Assembly (NCBI RefSeq): GCF_003966335.1
Contig: NZ_CP034549.1
Coordinates: 1,020,001-1,052,000 of the forward strand
Source of the DNA: Nonlabens ponticola
GTDB taxonomy: Bacteria; Bacteroidota; Bacteroidia; Flavobacteriales; Flavobacteriaceae
Direction of reading: 5' to 3'
DNA length: 32,000 nt
The notes beneath the pieces were generated by a model. The model did not search any database. It worked only from the letters and a program-made list of their open reading frames with translations, and was not told the origin of the DNA. The translations under genes and the position numbers were made by a program. Shown here piece by piece: positions 1 through 8,812 of this stretch (positions are counted from its first letter, which is position 1; each line of letters opens with the position of its first letter).

Positions 1-73
1 TTTCTTTTTTGATGTTATCTCACCACACTGGTGCGGCAACTCTGTATTTCAAACCGATTATGGACATTATTTA

Positions 74-1387
74 TTGATGTTTAAAAGAAACAACATGTCA
101 ACTTCAAATTTTGCAACCCAGTCATTACACACAGGTCATGACTTCAAAAACAACGGTGGTACAAGAGCAGTGCCGCTCTATCAATCCACTAGCTATGTGT
201 TCAACAACAGCGATCACGCAGCAAATCTGTTCTCGCTCGCCGAGCCTGGTTTTATCTACACCAGGATCAATAACCCAACGGTAGATGTGCTGGAACAGCG
301 ACTCACCGCTCTAGAAGGTGGTCTTGCAGCCGTGGCAACCGCCTCGGGAACCAGCGCCATTTCAACAACGCTACTTACCTTATTGCGTGCTGGCGATCAT
401 ATCGTCGCTAGTAATTCGCTCTATGGCGGTACTTATAACTTGCTTTCGGTGACACTTCCTAGATTGGGTATCACGACCACATTTGTCAATCCTAATGATG
501 ATGACGCTTTCGCGAAAGCGGTACAAGAAAACACCAGAGCCATATTTGTAGAGTCTCTAGGTAATCCCAAACTTGATGTGTTAGATCTCAAAAAAATCAG
601 TGTACAAGCCAAAGATGCCAAAGTGCCATTGATCGTAGATAATACAGTCGCCACACCTTACTTACTCAATCCTATTGAGCACGGCGCAAACATCGTCATT
701 CATTCATTGACCAAGTATATCAACGGTAACGGTACAGCTCTAGGCGGCATCATCATCGACGCAGGAACCTTTGATTGGACAAACGGCAAATTCCCAGAAT
801 TTACAGAGCCATCGCCAGGATACCATGGTCTGGTTTACAGCGAAGCGCTGGAAGCTGCTGCCTTTATTGCCAAAGTGCGAATAGAAGGCCTGCGTGATCT
901 AGGTGGTGCGATATCACCGTTCAATGCATGGCAAATCATTCAAGGTTTAGAAACCCTACAATTGCGTATTGAAAAGCACAGTCAAAGCGCACTGGAATTA
1001 GCTAAATGGCTACAAACTCAAGAACAAGTAGAATGGGTCAACTATCCAGGATTAGAGTCCAGCGATTACTACGATCTGGCAAAAAAATATCTGCCTAAAG
1101 GACAAAGTGGTATCGTTACTTTTGGAGTAAAAGGTGGTTATGAAAGTGCCAAAAAAGTAGTCGACAGCGCTCAGGTATTCTCTTTGCTAGCCAACATAGG
1201 CGATACAAAATCCTTGATCATTCACCCAGCAAGCACCACGCACCAGCAGCTTAAGGACGAAGATCAGCTTAGTACTGGTGTGACAAAGGATTTGATCAGA
1301 CTATCCGTTGGTCTTGAAGATATAGAGGATTTGAAACAAGATCTCGTCAACGCATTTGCAGCCATCAAATCTGGAGTTACCGCCTAG
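74..1387 (+). CDS. metY: O-acetylhomoserine sulfhydrylase (PLP-dependent Cys/Met metabolism family)
   Basis: 437-aa ORF with family hallmarks: NPT..LEQRL..LEGG, SLTKYINGNG carrying the PLP lysine, and C-terminal RLSVGLED. It is the first gene of a metY-metX-hom cluster. The true start may be ATG 95 (MSTSNF...). Confidence 0.85.
   Translation: MMFKRNNMSTSNFATQSLHTGHDFKNNGGTRAVPLYQSTSYVFNNSDHAANLFSLAEPGFIYTRINNPTVDVLEQRLTALEGGLAAVATASGTSAISTTLLTLLRAGDHIVASNSLYGGTYNLLSVTLPRLGITTTFVNPNDDDAFAKAVQENTRAIFVESLGNPKLDVLDLKKISVQAKDAKVPLIVDNTVATPYLLNPIEHGANIVIHSLTKYINGNGTALGGIIIDAGTFDWTNGKFPEFTEPSPGYHGLVYSEALEAAAFIAKVRIEGLRDLGGAISPFNAWQIIQGLETLQLRIEKHSQSALELAKWLQTQEQVEWVNYPGLESSDYYDLAKKYLPKGQSGIVTFGVKGGYESAKKVVDSAQVFSLLANIGDTKSLIIHPASTTHQQLKDEDQLSTGVTKDLIRLSVGLEDIEDLKQDLVNAFAAIKSGVTA
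505..520. repeat. 16-bp perfect palindrome CGCTTTCGCGAAAGCG (iterated palindrome family), inside metY
   Basis: Read directly from the sequence. Translated in frame as A-F-A-K-A (codons from 506). Confidence 0.95.
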
Positions 1388-2368
1388 ATGTCAGTAAATC
1401 TTGAGACATATCAAATTCCAGATTTTGAATCGATCTCTGGTATCAAACAGGACGTCCATCTTACCTATAGAATATACGGGTGCGCGCTACACAGCGCACC
1501 CATAATTCTGGTCAATCACGCGCTCACAGGTAATTCTGATCTGGAAAGCTGGTGGTTTGAGATGGTAGGACCTGACAAACCGCTAGATACCAATCGCTTC
1601 ACTTTACTAACAATTGATTTGCCTGGTAATGGTCATGATCGCGATGTAGATCATCTGGTTTACAATTACAAAGACTGGAACTTAGGCGATGTGGCGAGAG
1701 CATTTGTACGATTGTTTGAGCATCTTGGGATTCGGCAATTTCACTTAGGAATAGGCGGCAGCATAGGTGGCGCATTGCTTTGGGAACTGCTAGCTATCGA
1801 GCCTAGTTTATTTAAGACTATCGTGCCTATCGCGGCAGACTGGAAAGCTACCGACTGGTTGATCGCCTGTTGCTATGTGCAAGAGCAAATCTTGTCAACA
1901 TCCAGCGCACCACTTGAGACGGCAAGAAAGCATGCCATGACTTTTTATAGATCGCCGCAAAGTTTAAAGCACAAATTTCAGCGAGCTCAAGTCAATGATC
2001 AGTTTAAAGTGAATGCCTGGTTAGATCATCACGGTAAAATTTTGAAATCCAGATTTACACTACCAGCATACAGGCTGGTCAATCATTTGTTGCAAAGCAC
2101 GGATGCGGCGAGGTCACATAAAAGTATTGATGAAGTTGTAGGCAATACAGAAACCCAAGTTCATCTAGTTGCGATTGACAGTGATGGATTCTTTGTTCCT
2201 CAAGAAGATAGAGATACGCATCAACGATTTAGAGATACAGGAAAAGTGCATTATTATGAAATCAAAAGTTTGCACGGTCATGATGCATTCTTGATTGAGC
2301 ACGATCAGGTCTCGCACATTATTAATCAAATTCTAGCTACCGTGGTAGTAGAAAATCCAGTCGTATAA
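1388..2368 (+). CDS. metX: homoserine O-acetyltransferase (alpha/beta hydrolase, MetX family)
   Basis: 326-aa ORF starting right after the metY stop (TAGATG). It has the VNHALTGNS motif and the GGSIGG nucleophile elbow typical of MetX, and sits in a methionine context. Confidence 0.75.
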   Translation: MSVNLETYQIPDFESISGIKQDVHLTYRIYGCALHSAPIILVNHALTGNSDLESWWFEMVGPDKPLDTNRFTLLTIDLPGNGHDRDVDHLVYNYKDWNLGDVARAFVRLFEHLGIRQFHLGIGGSIGGALLWELLAIEPSLFKTIVPIAADWKATDWLIACCYVQEQILSTSSAPLETARKHAMTFYRSPQSLKHKFQRAQVNDQFKVNAWLDHHGKILKSRFTLPAYRLVNHLLQSTDAARSHKSIDEVVGNTETQVHLVAIDSDGFFVPQEDRDTHQRFRDTGKVHYYEIKSLHGHDAFLIEHDQVSHIINQILATVVVENPVV

Positions 2369-2386
2369 AATGACGACGTTATAATT

Positions 2387-3478
2387 ATGAAAGAAATTCA
2401 CTTATATATATTCGGTATTGGTAATGTAGGCAGCAAGCTTATTGAACAAGTACTGCAATCACATTCGTTTTTTAAGATACGACATCATCTGGATGTAAGA
2501 ATCGTTGGTCTAGCCAATTCAAGAAAAGTTCTCATTGAACCAGATGGTATTGATGATAACTGGAAGCACTCTTTTGAGAACGATGGTGTCGTCAGGCAAC
2601 CTGATAGTTTTTACCAGCATGCCCGATATGTCGATGCCGTGCGTATTGCGGTTGATGCAACGGCCAGTAAAGAGCTGTCACACTTCTATCCAGAAATCGC
2701 TAGTGAAGGTTTCCACATAGTCACTGCAAATAAAATCGCCAACACGCTGGATCAGCAGTTTTATGATCACTTAAGAAGCGTGCTTAAAAACAATCAGGTT
2801 CAATTTTTATATGAAACCAATGTTGGTGCTGGCTTGCCCATTGTTCAAACGGTACAACAACTCACAGCTGCTGGTGAACAATTGCATGCGATCAACGGTG
2901 TGTTTTCTGGATCGCTAGGTTACATTTTCAACAGGTTTTCACAGGAAGATGTTGCTTTTTCGCAAATCGTGAAAGATGCCCTCGTGAATGGCTACACAGA
3001 ACCTGATCCGCGTGAGGATTTATCGGGCAATGATGTTGCTCGCAAGTTGTTGGTGCTGGCAAGAGAAGCTGGTCGCAAATTAGAATTCAAGGATATTGAG
3101 ATTGAAAATCTAGTACCAGCCGATTTACAAGAACTAGATACAAATGATTTCATAGAACGCTTGACGGAATTAGATGCAGATCTTGAGAAAAGAAAGCAAA
3201 ATCTTGAACCTAATCACGTTCTCAGACACTTGGGAACTTTTAACGCGACAAACAACAAACTCAAGGTGTCCTTGCAGGCTGTTCCAGAAGACTCTGCGGC
3301 AGGACAATTGCGAGGCAGTGATGGCTTTTTTGAAATCTATTCAGAAAGCTATAGCGAGCATCCGTTAGTCATAAAAGGCGCTGGCGCAGGTCGTGAAGTG
3401 ACAGCACGTGGATTGTTGTCAGATATTATCACGATCGCGAGATCGAGCGTAGCTAAACAGATTTTTGTCGAGGTGTAG
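2387..3478 (+). CDS. hom: homoserine dehydrogenase (stand-alone, similar to the ThrA dehydrogenase domain)
   Basis: N-terminal FGIGNVGS dinucleotide-binding motif. ETNVGAGLPI and GYTEPDPREDLSGNDVARKLLVLARE closely resemble the E. coli ThrA homoserine dehydrogenase domain as I recall it. Confidence 0.8.
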   Translation: MKEIHLYIFGIGNVGSKLIEQVLQSHSFFKIRHHLDVRIVGLANSRKVLIEPDGIDDNWKHSFENDGVVRQPDSFYQHARYVDAVRIAVDATASKELSHFYPEIASEGFHIVTANKIANTLDQQFYDHLRSVLKNNQVQFLYETNVGAGLPIVQTVQQLTAAGEQLHAINGVFSGSLGYIFNRFSQEDVAFSQIVKDALVNGYTEPDPREDLSGNDVARKLLVLAREAGRKLEFKDIEIENLVPADLQELDTNDFIERLTELDADLEKRKQNLEPNHVLRHLGTFNATNNKLKVSLQAVPEDSAAGQLRGSDGFFEIYSESYSEHPLVIKGAGAGREVTARGLLSDIITIARSSVAKQIFVEV

Positions 3479-3523
3479 CTGTCAATAAAATCCCATGTTT
3501 GATAATAATGGTAGCTTTGCCAC

Positions 3524-3934
3524 GTGTTATCTAGAAAAACAAAGTACGGTATCAAGGCATTGACCTATCTCGCCAGACAGGAAAAGGAAAATCCTGTGTG
3601 CATCGCCACCATTGCCGAATCTGAAAATATACCGCATAAATTCCTGGAATCCATCTTGCTAGAGCTGCGCAAAAACAGTATTCTAGGCAGTCGCAAGGGA
3701 AAAGGCGGCGGCTACTATCTGCTGCAAAATGCAGATCAAATCAGGATGGCGACCGTGCATCGTATTCTAGAAGGTCCTATCGCTATGTTGCCTTGTGTGA
3801 GCCTTAATTTCTATGAAAAGTGTAACGATTGCCCTGATGAGGATGCCTGCGCGGTTAATCGACTCATGCTACAAGTGCGAGACAACACACTGGAAATACT
3901 CGAGAAACAAACACTTGCTGACTTGATTTCATAA
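3524..3934 (+). CDS. Rrf2-family transcriptional regulator (possible Fe-S sensing)
   Basis: GTG start. The N-terminus MLSRKTKYGIKALTYLA is the typical Rrf2 wHTH. A C-terminal cysteine cluster (PCVS...CNDCPDEDAC) is present. It lies upstream of the sulfate assimilation genes. Confidence 0.8.
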   Translation: MLSRKTKYGIKALTYLARQEKENPVCIATIAESENIPHKFLESILLELRKNSILGSRKGKGGGYYLLQNADQIRMATVHRILEGPIAMLPCVSLNFYEKCNDCPDEDACAVNRLMLQVRDNTLEILEKQTLADLIS

Positions 3935-4000
3935 TCCAGCTATACTCAACAAAAACGTTTGCGTATTATTATCCTAGTAACCTTATAGGGTTTAAGGATT

Positions 4001-4300
4001 ATGTCGTTAATTTGCACTTCATTTGAGTATATGATTCTGGATCAGTTTTTATACACCAGCGCCAAAACCCAAAAAACCACCACGGCAACTACCTCACAAG
4101 ATTCAACGGTGCGCAGCATTGTAAAATCGGTTAGTTGGCGCGTTATCGGTACGATTGACACGGTTTTGATTTCCTATTTTTTGACCGGCGAGATCAACAC
4201 GGCGTTTGCTATTGGTGGTGTAGAATTGATTACAAAAATGGTTCTCTACGTTGCCCACGAGCGCGTGTGGAACTGCATAAAATTTGGTAGACGACCATGA
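4001..4300 (+). CDS. DUF2061-like small membrane protein
   Basis: KSVSWRVIGTIDT...TG......E...K...Y..HERVW pattern recalled for DUF2061. Its stop overlaps the next start (ATGA). The start codon is uncertain (4001 or 4031). Confidence 0.5.
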   Translation: MSLICTSFEYMILDQFLYTSAKTQKTTTATTSQDSTVRSIVKSVSWRVIGTIDTVLISYFLTGEINTAFAIGGVELITKMVLYVAHERVWNCIKFGRRP

Positions 4301-4917
4301 TAGATCATAGCAATTATCAGGATTATAATTCCGCTTTCGCGAAAGCGGAACCCAGCAAAATTATCGATACAGTATTAGAGCAGGCGCACAAGCCTATAGT
4401 GACGACTAACTTCAGGCCGTATGAAGTAGCCATATTGCACGCTGTGGCAAGTGTGGATCCTAACGTACCAGTTGTGTGGTGCGATACAGGTTACAACACG
4501 CCGCAAACATACAGACACGCCATCGAGGTAATCGAGAAATTAGGTCTAGACGTGTCCACGTATGTGCCGCAACAAACGGTGTCTTATAGAAATGAAACGC
4601 TAGGAATACCTACGGTGGACGATTCCAATCATGCGGAATTTACTAGACAAGTCAAACTAGAACCTTTTCAGCGAGCGATGGCGCATTTTCAGCCAGATGT
4701 GTGGTTCACAAATTTGCGCGCAGGCCAGACCAATTTTAGAGATTCTATTGATGTCCTCTCATACAGTAAGGATGGCGTACTCAAGGTGAGCCCGTTTTAT
4801 CATTATGATGATCAACAACTTGACGAATATCTAGCAAAACACGATCTACCCAATGAGTTTAAATATTTTGACCCAACCAAAGTCGAGTCAAACAGAGAAT
4901 GCGGTCTTCATGCCTAA
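4297..4917 (+). CDS. cysH: phosphoadenosine phosphosulfate / adenylylsulfate reductase family protein
   Basis: 206 aa with the family C-terminal ECGLH motif. It sits directly upstream of cysDN. Only two Cys residues are present, so there is no CC...CxxC Fe-S signature. Confidence 0.7.
   Translation: MIDHSNYQDYNSAFAKAEPSKIIDTVLEQAHKPIVTTNFRPYEVAILHAVASVDPNVPVVWCDTGYNTPQTYRHAIEVIEKLGLDVSTYVPQQTVSYRNETLGIPTVDDSNHAEFTRQVKLEPFQRAMAHFQPDVWFTNLRAGQTNFRDSIDVLSYSKDGVLKVSPFYHYDDQQLDEYLAKHDLPNEFKYFDPTKVESNRECGLHA
4329..4350. repeat. 22-bp perfect palindrome TTCCGCTTTCGCGAAAGCGGAA, inside cysH-like gene
   Basis: Read directly. Translated as S-A-F-A-K-A-E. Confidence 0.95.
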
Positions 4918-5809
4918 GGTTTTGATTACCAAGGAGTTGGAAGCCGAGGCGATCTATATCATACGTGAGGTCGTCGCGCAGTTTGAGAAACCAGTCCTTT
5001 TGTTCTCTGGCGGTAAGGACAGCATCACATTGTTGCATCTTGCCCGCAAGGCCTTTTTTCCCGCCAAAATTCCGTTCCCTTTATTACATGTAGATACAGG
5101 TCATAACTTTCCTGAGACCATAGATTTCAGGGATGAGTTGGTGGAGAAATATGATCTGGACTTGATCGTGGCTCACGTTCAGGACAACATCGATGCAGGA
5201 ATCGTTAAGGAAGAAACTGGTCGCTATTCCAGTCGCAACCAACTGCAGACACAAACCTTGCTGGACGCCATTGAAGAACATGGCTTTGATGCCTGCATGG
5301 GCGGCGCGAGACGCGACGAGGAAAAGGCACGCGCCAAGGAACGTATTTTCTCTGTACGCAATGACTTCGGCGAATGGGATGAAAAAAACCAGAGACCCGA
5401 ACTTTTTGATCTACTCAACGGCATGATCGAATTAGGCCAGAATGTGCGATGTTTCCCTATTTCTAATTGGACAGAATTGGACGTCTGGAATTATATAAGG
5501 AGTGAAAAAATCGAGATACCATCGATCTATTATGCCCACGAGCGATCTGTTTTTGAGCGTGACGGCTTGATCTGGAGCGACTCACCTTATGTATATCGCG
5601 ATGATCATGAAGAGGTCGCAGTCAAATGGGTGCGATTTAGGACTGTTGGCGATATGTCCTGCACGGCAGCGGTCGCCAGCACCGCGACAGATATTGACAC
5701 CGTAATTGAAGAAATAAGCGGCAGCACGATTTCAGAACGTGGTGCTCGCATCGACGACAAGCGCAGTGAGGCCGCCATGGAAACCCGTAAGCAACAAGGA
5801 TATTTTTAA
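4910..5809 (+). CDS. cysD: sulfate adenylyltransferase subunit 2
   Basis: PP-loop SGGKDS and strong CysD-like sequence throughout. I prefer ATG 4910 (MPKVLITKELE...), which overlaps the cysH stop by 8 nt, over the ORF-track start at 4853. Confidence 0.9.
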   Translation: MPKVLITKELEAEAIYIIREVVAQFEKPVLLFSGGKDSITLLHLARKAFFPAKIPFPLLHVDTGHNFPETIDFRDELVEKYDLDLIVAHVQDNIDAGIVKEETGRYSSRNQLQTQTLLDAIEEHGFDACMGGARRDEEKARAKERIFSVRNDFGEWDEKNQRPELFDLLNGMIELGQNVRCFPISNWTELDVWNYIRSEKIEIPSIYYAHERSVFERDGLIWSDSPYVYRDDHEEVAVKWVRFRTVGDMSCTAAVASTATDIDTVIEEISGSTISERGARIDDKRSEAAMETRKQQGYF

Positions 5810-7054
5810 ATGAATGTATTGAAGATTGCTACCGCAGGTAGCGTGGATGATGGAAAAAGCACCTTGATAGGCAGATTGTTGTACGACACGCAATCGCTAC
5901 CTACGGACAAACTTGAGGCGATAAAAAAGAGCAGCGAGAAGAAAGGATACGATTACCTAGACCTATCGCTAGCTACCGACGGCCTTGTTGCAGAGCGTGA
6001 ACAAGGCATCACGATTGACGTGGCGCACATCTATTTCTCGACACCAGACCGCAGCTACATCATCGCAGACTCGCCAGGCCATGTAGAATACACGCGAAAT
6101 ATGATCACTGGCGCCAGCACCAGCAAGGCCAGTATTATCTTGATCGATGCTAGAAAAGGCGTTGTCGAGCAGACCTTTAGGCATTTTTATATCAACCATT
6201 TATTGCAGACCAGTCACTTGATCATAGCGGTCAATAAAATGGATCTAGTAGATTATGACGAGTCCGCTTTCGCGAAAGCAGTACAACAATTCCAATCTCT
6301 GCTAGACAAACACCCGTCGGAAAAGCGAAAGGTGCATTTTGTGCCAGTAAGCGCACTCAAGGGCGATAACGTCGTGAGCAAATCTGCCGAAATGCCATGG
6401 TATCAAGGAAGCCCAATCTTAGAAAACCTATCCAAAATAGATACGATTGCGGAAGACTCGCAGAGTTTCTTACAAGTCCAGAATGTCATACGTCCCAAGA
6501 CCGAAGAATATCATGACTACCGTGGTTTTGCAGGACGCATCAGAGGCGCACATTTATCAATCGGCGACCAGATTACCGTGCTGCCGTCCATGAAGACAAG
6601 CACCGTTGACGGTATTTATTTTAATGGCGCTAAGTATGACGAGGCGCCAGTGGGCAGTTCAGTTAGTGTGACTTTGAAAGATGAGGTCAACGTCGATCGC
6701 GGCGATATTTTGATGACGCAACCACCAGCCGATCTTGAACTAACCAAAAACATTCAAGCCACCATCTGCTGGATGGACAGCACGCCATTGCGACCGCGCA
6801 CTAAATTTCACTTACAATACGGTACTCAACGCATGACTTGCCGTGTAGAGCAAATCACCTCAAAAAAATCAGCAGATTTCCACCAGGATATCATCGATGT
6901 CGATCAACTCGAACTCAATGACATCGCCACAATTCAGCTCAAACTGAGCAAACCTATTCCAGCGATCACATACGACCAATCAAAAGAACTCGGCCGCTTC
7001 ATTCTTATTGATCCACAAAGCAGAAATACTGCTGCCGTTGGGTTCATTGAATAA
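5810..7054 (+). CDS. cysN: sulfate adenylyltransferase subunit 1 (GTPase), without a fused APS kinase domain
   Basis: G1 GSVDDGKST, G3 DSPGH and G4 NKMD motifs. At 414 aa there is no C-terminal CysC domain. It starts 1 nt after the cysD stop. Confidence 0.9.
   Translation: MNVLKIATAGSVDDGKSTLIGRLLYDTQSLPTDKLEAIKKSSEKKGYDYLDLSLATDGLVAEREQGITIDVAHIYFSTPDRSYIIADSPGHVEYTRNMITGASTSKASIILIDARKGVVEQTFRHFYINHLLQTSHLIIAVNKMDLVDYDESAFAKAVQQFQSLLDKHPSEKRKVHFVPVSALKGDNVVSKSAEMPWYQGSPILENLSKIDTIAEDSQSFLQVQNVIRPKTEEYHDYRGFAGRIRGAHLSIGDQITVLPSMKTSTVDGIYFNGAKYDEAPVGSSVSVTLKDEVNVDRGDILMTQPPADLELTKNIQATICWMDSTPLRPRTKFHLQYGTQRMTCRVEQITSKKSADFHQDIIDVDQLELNDIATIQLKLSKPIPAITYDQSKELGRFILIDPQSRNTAAVGFIE
6266..6279. 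repeat. 14-bp perfect palindrome GCTTTCGCGAAAGC, inside cysN
   Basis: Read directly. Translated as A-F-A-K-A. Confidence 0.95.
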
Positions 7055-7062
7055 TGTGGTGT

Positions 7063-7104
7063 GAAAATAGATGATGGATTATAGATCAATGATCATGGAA
7101 TAAA
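7063..7104 (+). repeat. degenerate heptanucleotide array (GAAAATA GATGATG GATTATA GATCAAT GATCATG GAATAAA)
   Basis: Six consecutive 7-nt units, each starting with GA, beginning 9 nt after the cysN stop. Confidence 0.6.
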
Positions 7105-7220
7105 TGTTTTTCAACTTCTACCGTAGGGCCACATCGAGGCTTCCGAAGAAAGTTTGTCCGCAGGATAGATGGAATAGACAATCAGCATATCGAACAAATG
7201 AATAGCATAGAACTCAAAGC

Positions 7221-7241
7221 AATTATCCATAATCTATATTC
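7221..7241 (-). repeat. degenerate heptanucleotide array on minus strand (GAATATA GATTATG GATAATT)
   Basis: The reverse complement reads as three GA-initiated heptamers. With 7070-7104 it forms an imperfect inverted repeat. Confidence 0.5.
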
Positions 7242-7350
7242 CATCAGCGCAGCGGTCTAAAATCCTCAACGCAACTGCTCATCCTAAACACTTGTTTACC
7301 TGCCATTTGCTCACGACCTTTGCAGCTGCTTAATTGGCGTAACATTTGCT

Positions 7351-8439
7351 ATGGAAAAGGACATGATTACCACAGATATATTGATAATTGGAGCAGGCCC
7401 TACGGGACTTTTCGCCGTTTTTGAAGCTGGACTGCTGAAACTAAAATGTCATATCATTGATGCCTTGGCACAACCTGGCGGTCAGTGCAGTGAGCTGTAT
7501 CCTAAAAAGCCTATTTATGATATTCCAGGTTTTCCTGAAGTTTTGGCTGGCGATCTAGTTGATAATCTAATGAAGCAAATCGAGCCGTTCCAACCTGGAT
7601 TTACCCTAGGTGAGCGTGCAGAAACCATTGAGCGACAAGAAGACGGTAGTTTTATTGTTACCACTAATAAAGGCACTAAGCATCACGCCAAAGTCGTTGC
7701 TATTGCTGGTGGTTTGGGTTCTTTTGAACCACGCAAACCTATTATCGATTGTCTAGAGAAATATGAAGATAAAGGTCTTGCCTATATGATCAAGGATCCC
7801 GAAGATTATCGCGGTAAGCGAGTTGTCATCGCTGGAGGCGGCGACAGCGCCCTTGACTGGTCCATTTTCTTGGCAGATGTTGCCAGCGAGGTGACATTGG
7901 TTCACAGACGTGAAGAATTCCGCGGTGCGCTAGATAGTGTTGAGAAAGTAGAAGAACTGGTAGAGCAAGACAAGATCAGGTTGGTAACACCAGCCGAAAT
8001 CCTTGACATTAACGGTGAAGGAAAGGTCGAGTCTGTTTTGTTGCAACACAACGACGAGGCAAAACGTATGGAAGTCATCGAGTGCGATGCTTTTATTCCA
8101 CTCTTCGGTCTTGCCCCTAAATTGGGCCCGATAGCCGATTGGGGTCTCGAGATAGAAAAAAATGCGATCAAAGTTGATAACACATTAGATTATCAAACTA
8201 ATGTTCCAGGCATCTATGCTATTGGTGATGTGAATACCTATCCAGGTAAATTGAAGTTGATCCTTTGTGGTTTCCACGAGGCGACATTAATGTGTCAAAG
8301 TGCCTACCAGCGAATTTTTCCAGACAAGCGTTATGTGATGAAATACACCACCGTAGGTGGCGTCAACGGTTTTGACGGTTCTAGAAAAGAAGCCGAAAAA
8401 GCAGTCGTCAAAAAAATAGGAAATAAGCAGAATGTCTGA
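7351..8439 (+). CDS. ferredoxin-NADP+ reductase, thioredoxin-reductase-like type
   Basis: IIGAGPTGLFA FAD motif, GGQCSELYPKKPIYDIPGFP signature and GGGDSALDW NADPH motif, as in YumC / Chlorobaculum-type FNR. The start is 7351 or 7363. Confidence 0.8.
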   Translation: MEKDMITTDILIIGAGPTGLFAVFEAGLLKLKCHIIDALAQPGGQCSELYPKKPIYDIPGFPEVLAGDLVDNLMKQIEPFQPGFTLGERAETIERQEDGSFIVTTNKGTKHHAKVVAIAGGLGSFEPRKPIIDCLEKYEDKGLAYMIKDPEDYRGKRVVIAGGGDSALDWSIFLADVASEVTLVHRREEFRGALDSVEKVEELVEQDKIRLVTPAEILDINGEGKVESVLLQHNDEAKRMEVIECDAFIPLFGLAPKLGPIADWGLEIEKNAIKVDNTLDYQTNVPGIYAIGDVNTYPGKLKLILCGFHEATLMCQSAYQRIFPDKRYVMKYTTVGGVNGFDGSRKEAEKAVVKKIGNKQNV

Positions 8440-8752
8440 TATAAAAATGACCATCATCGATCGCGATGGCCAGCGCCACGAGGTCGATGCACCAACTGAC
8501 ATGAACATGAATGTCATGGAAGTCTGCAAGGCCTATGATTTACCAGTCCAAGCCGTTTGCGGCGGTATGGCCATGTGCGCTACTTGCCAGTGCTACATCA
8601 TCAGCGACCACGATCTAGGCGAGCGCAACGACGATGAAGAAGCCATGCTTTGGGAAGCTCAAAACGTAAAAGACAATTCCAGACTGGGCTGCCAGATTCC
8701 GATTACTGAGGATTTGGAAGGATTGGTTATTGAGCTGGCGCCTGAGGAGTGA
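8432..8752 (+). CDS. 2Fe-2S ferredoxin, adrenodoxin/putidaredoxin type
   Basis: CGGMAMCATCQC ... LGCQI cysteine pattern (C-x5-C-x2-C ... C) in a 106-aa protein. Its start overlaps the FNR stop by 8 nt. Confidence 0.8.
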   Translation: MSDIKMTIIDRDGQRHEVDAPTDMNMNVMEVCKAYDLPVQAVCGGMAMCATCQCYIISDHDLGERNDDEEAMLWEAQNVKDNSRLGCQIPITEDLEGLVIELAPEE

Positions 8753-8794
8753 TCCTCAATGTTAGATGTGAGCATTTTAAACATCCAACTCTTA

Positions 8795-8812
8795 TCTTCC
8801 CTTAAGGGAAGA
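8795..8812. repeat. 18-bp perfect palindrome TCTTCCCTTAAGGGAAGA (hairpin downstream of ferredoxin gene)
   Basis: Read directly, 43 nt after the ferredoxin stop. There is no U-tract on either strand, so it is not a canonical intrinsic terminator. Confidence 0.6.

Noticed and set aside
7332-7350. TAACATTTG just upstream of the FNR start as a -7 promoter box.
   Set aside because: It has three rather than two bases between TA and TTTG, and it ends 3 nt from the ATG, which would require a leaderless transcript. This is not convincing.
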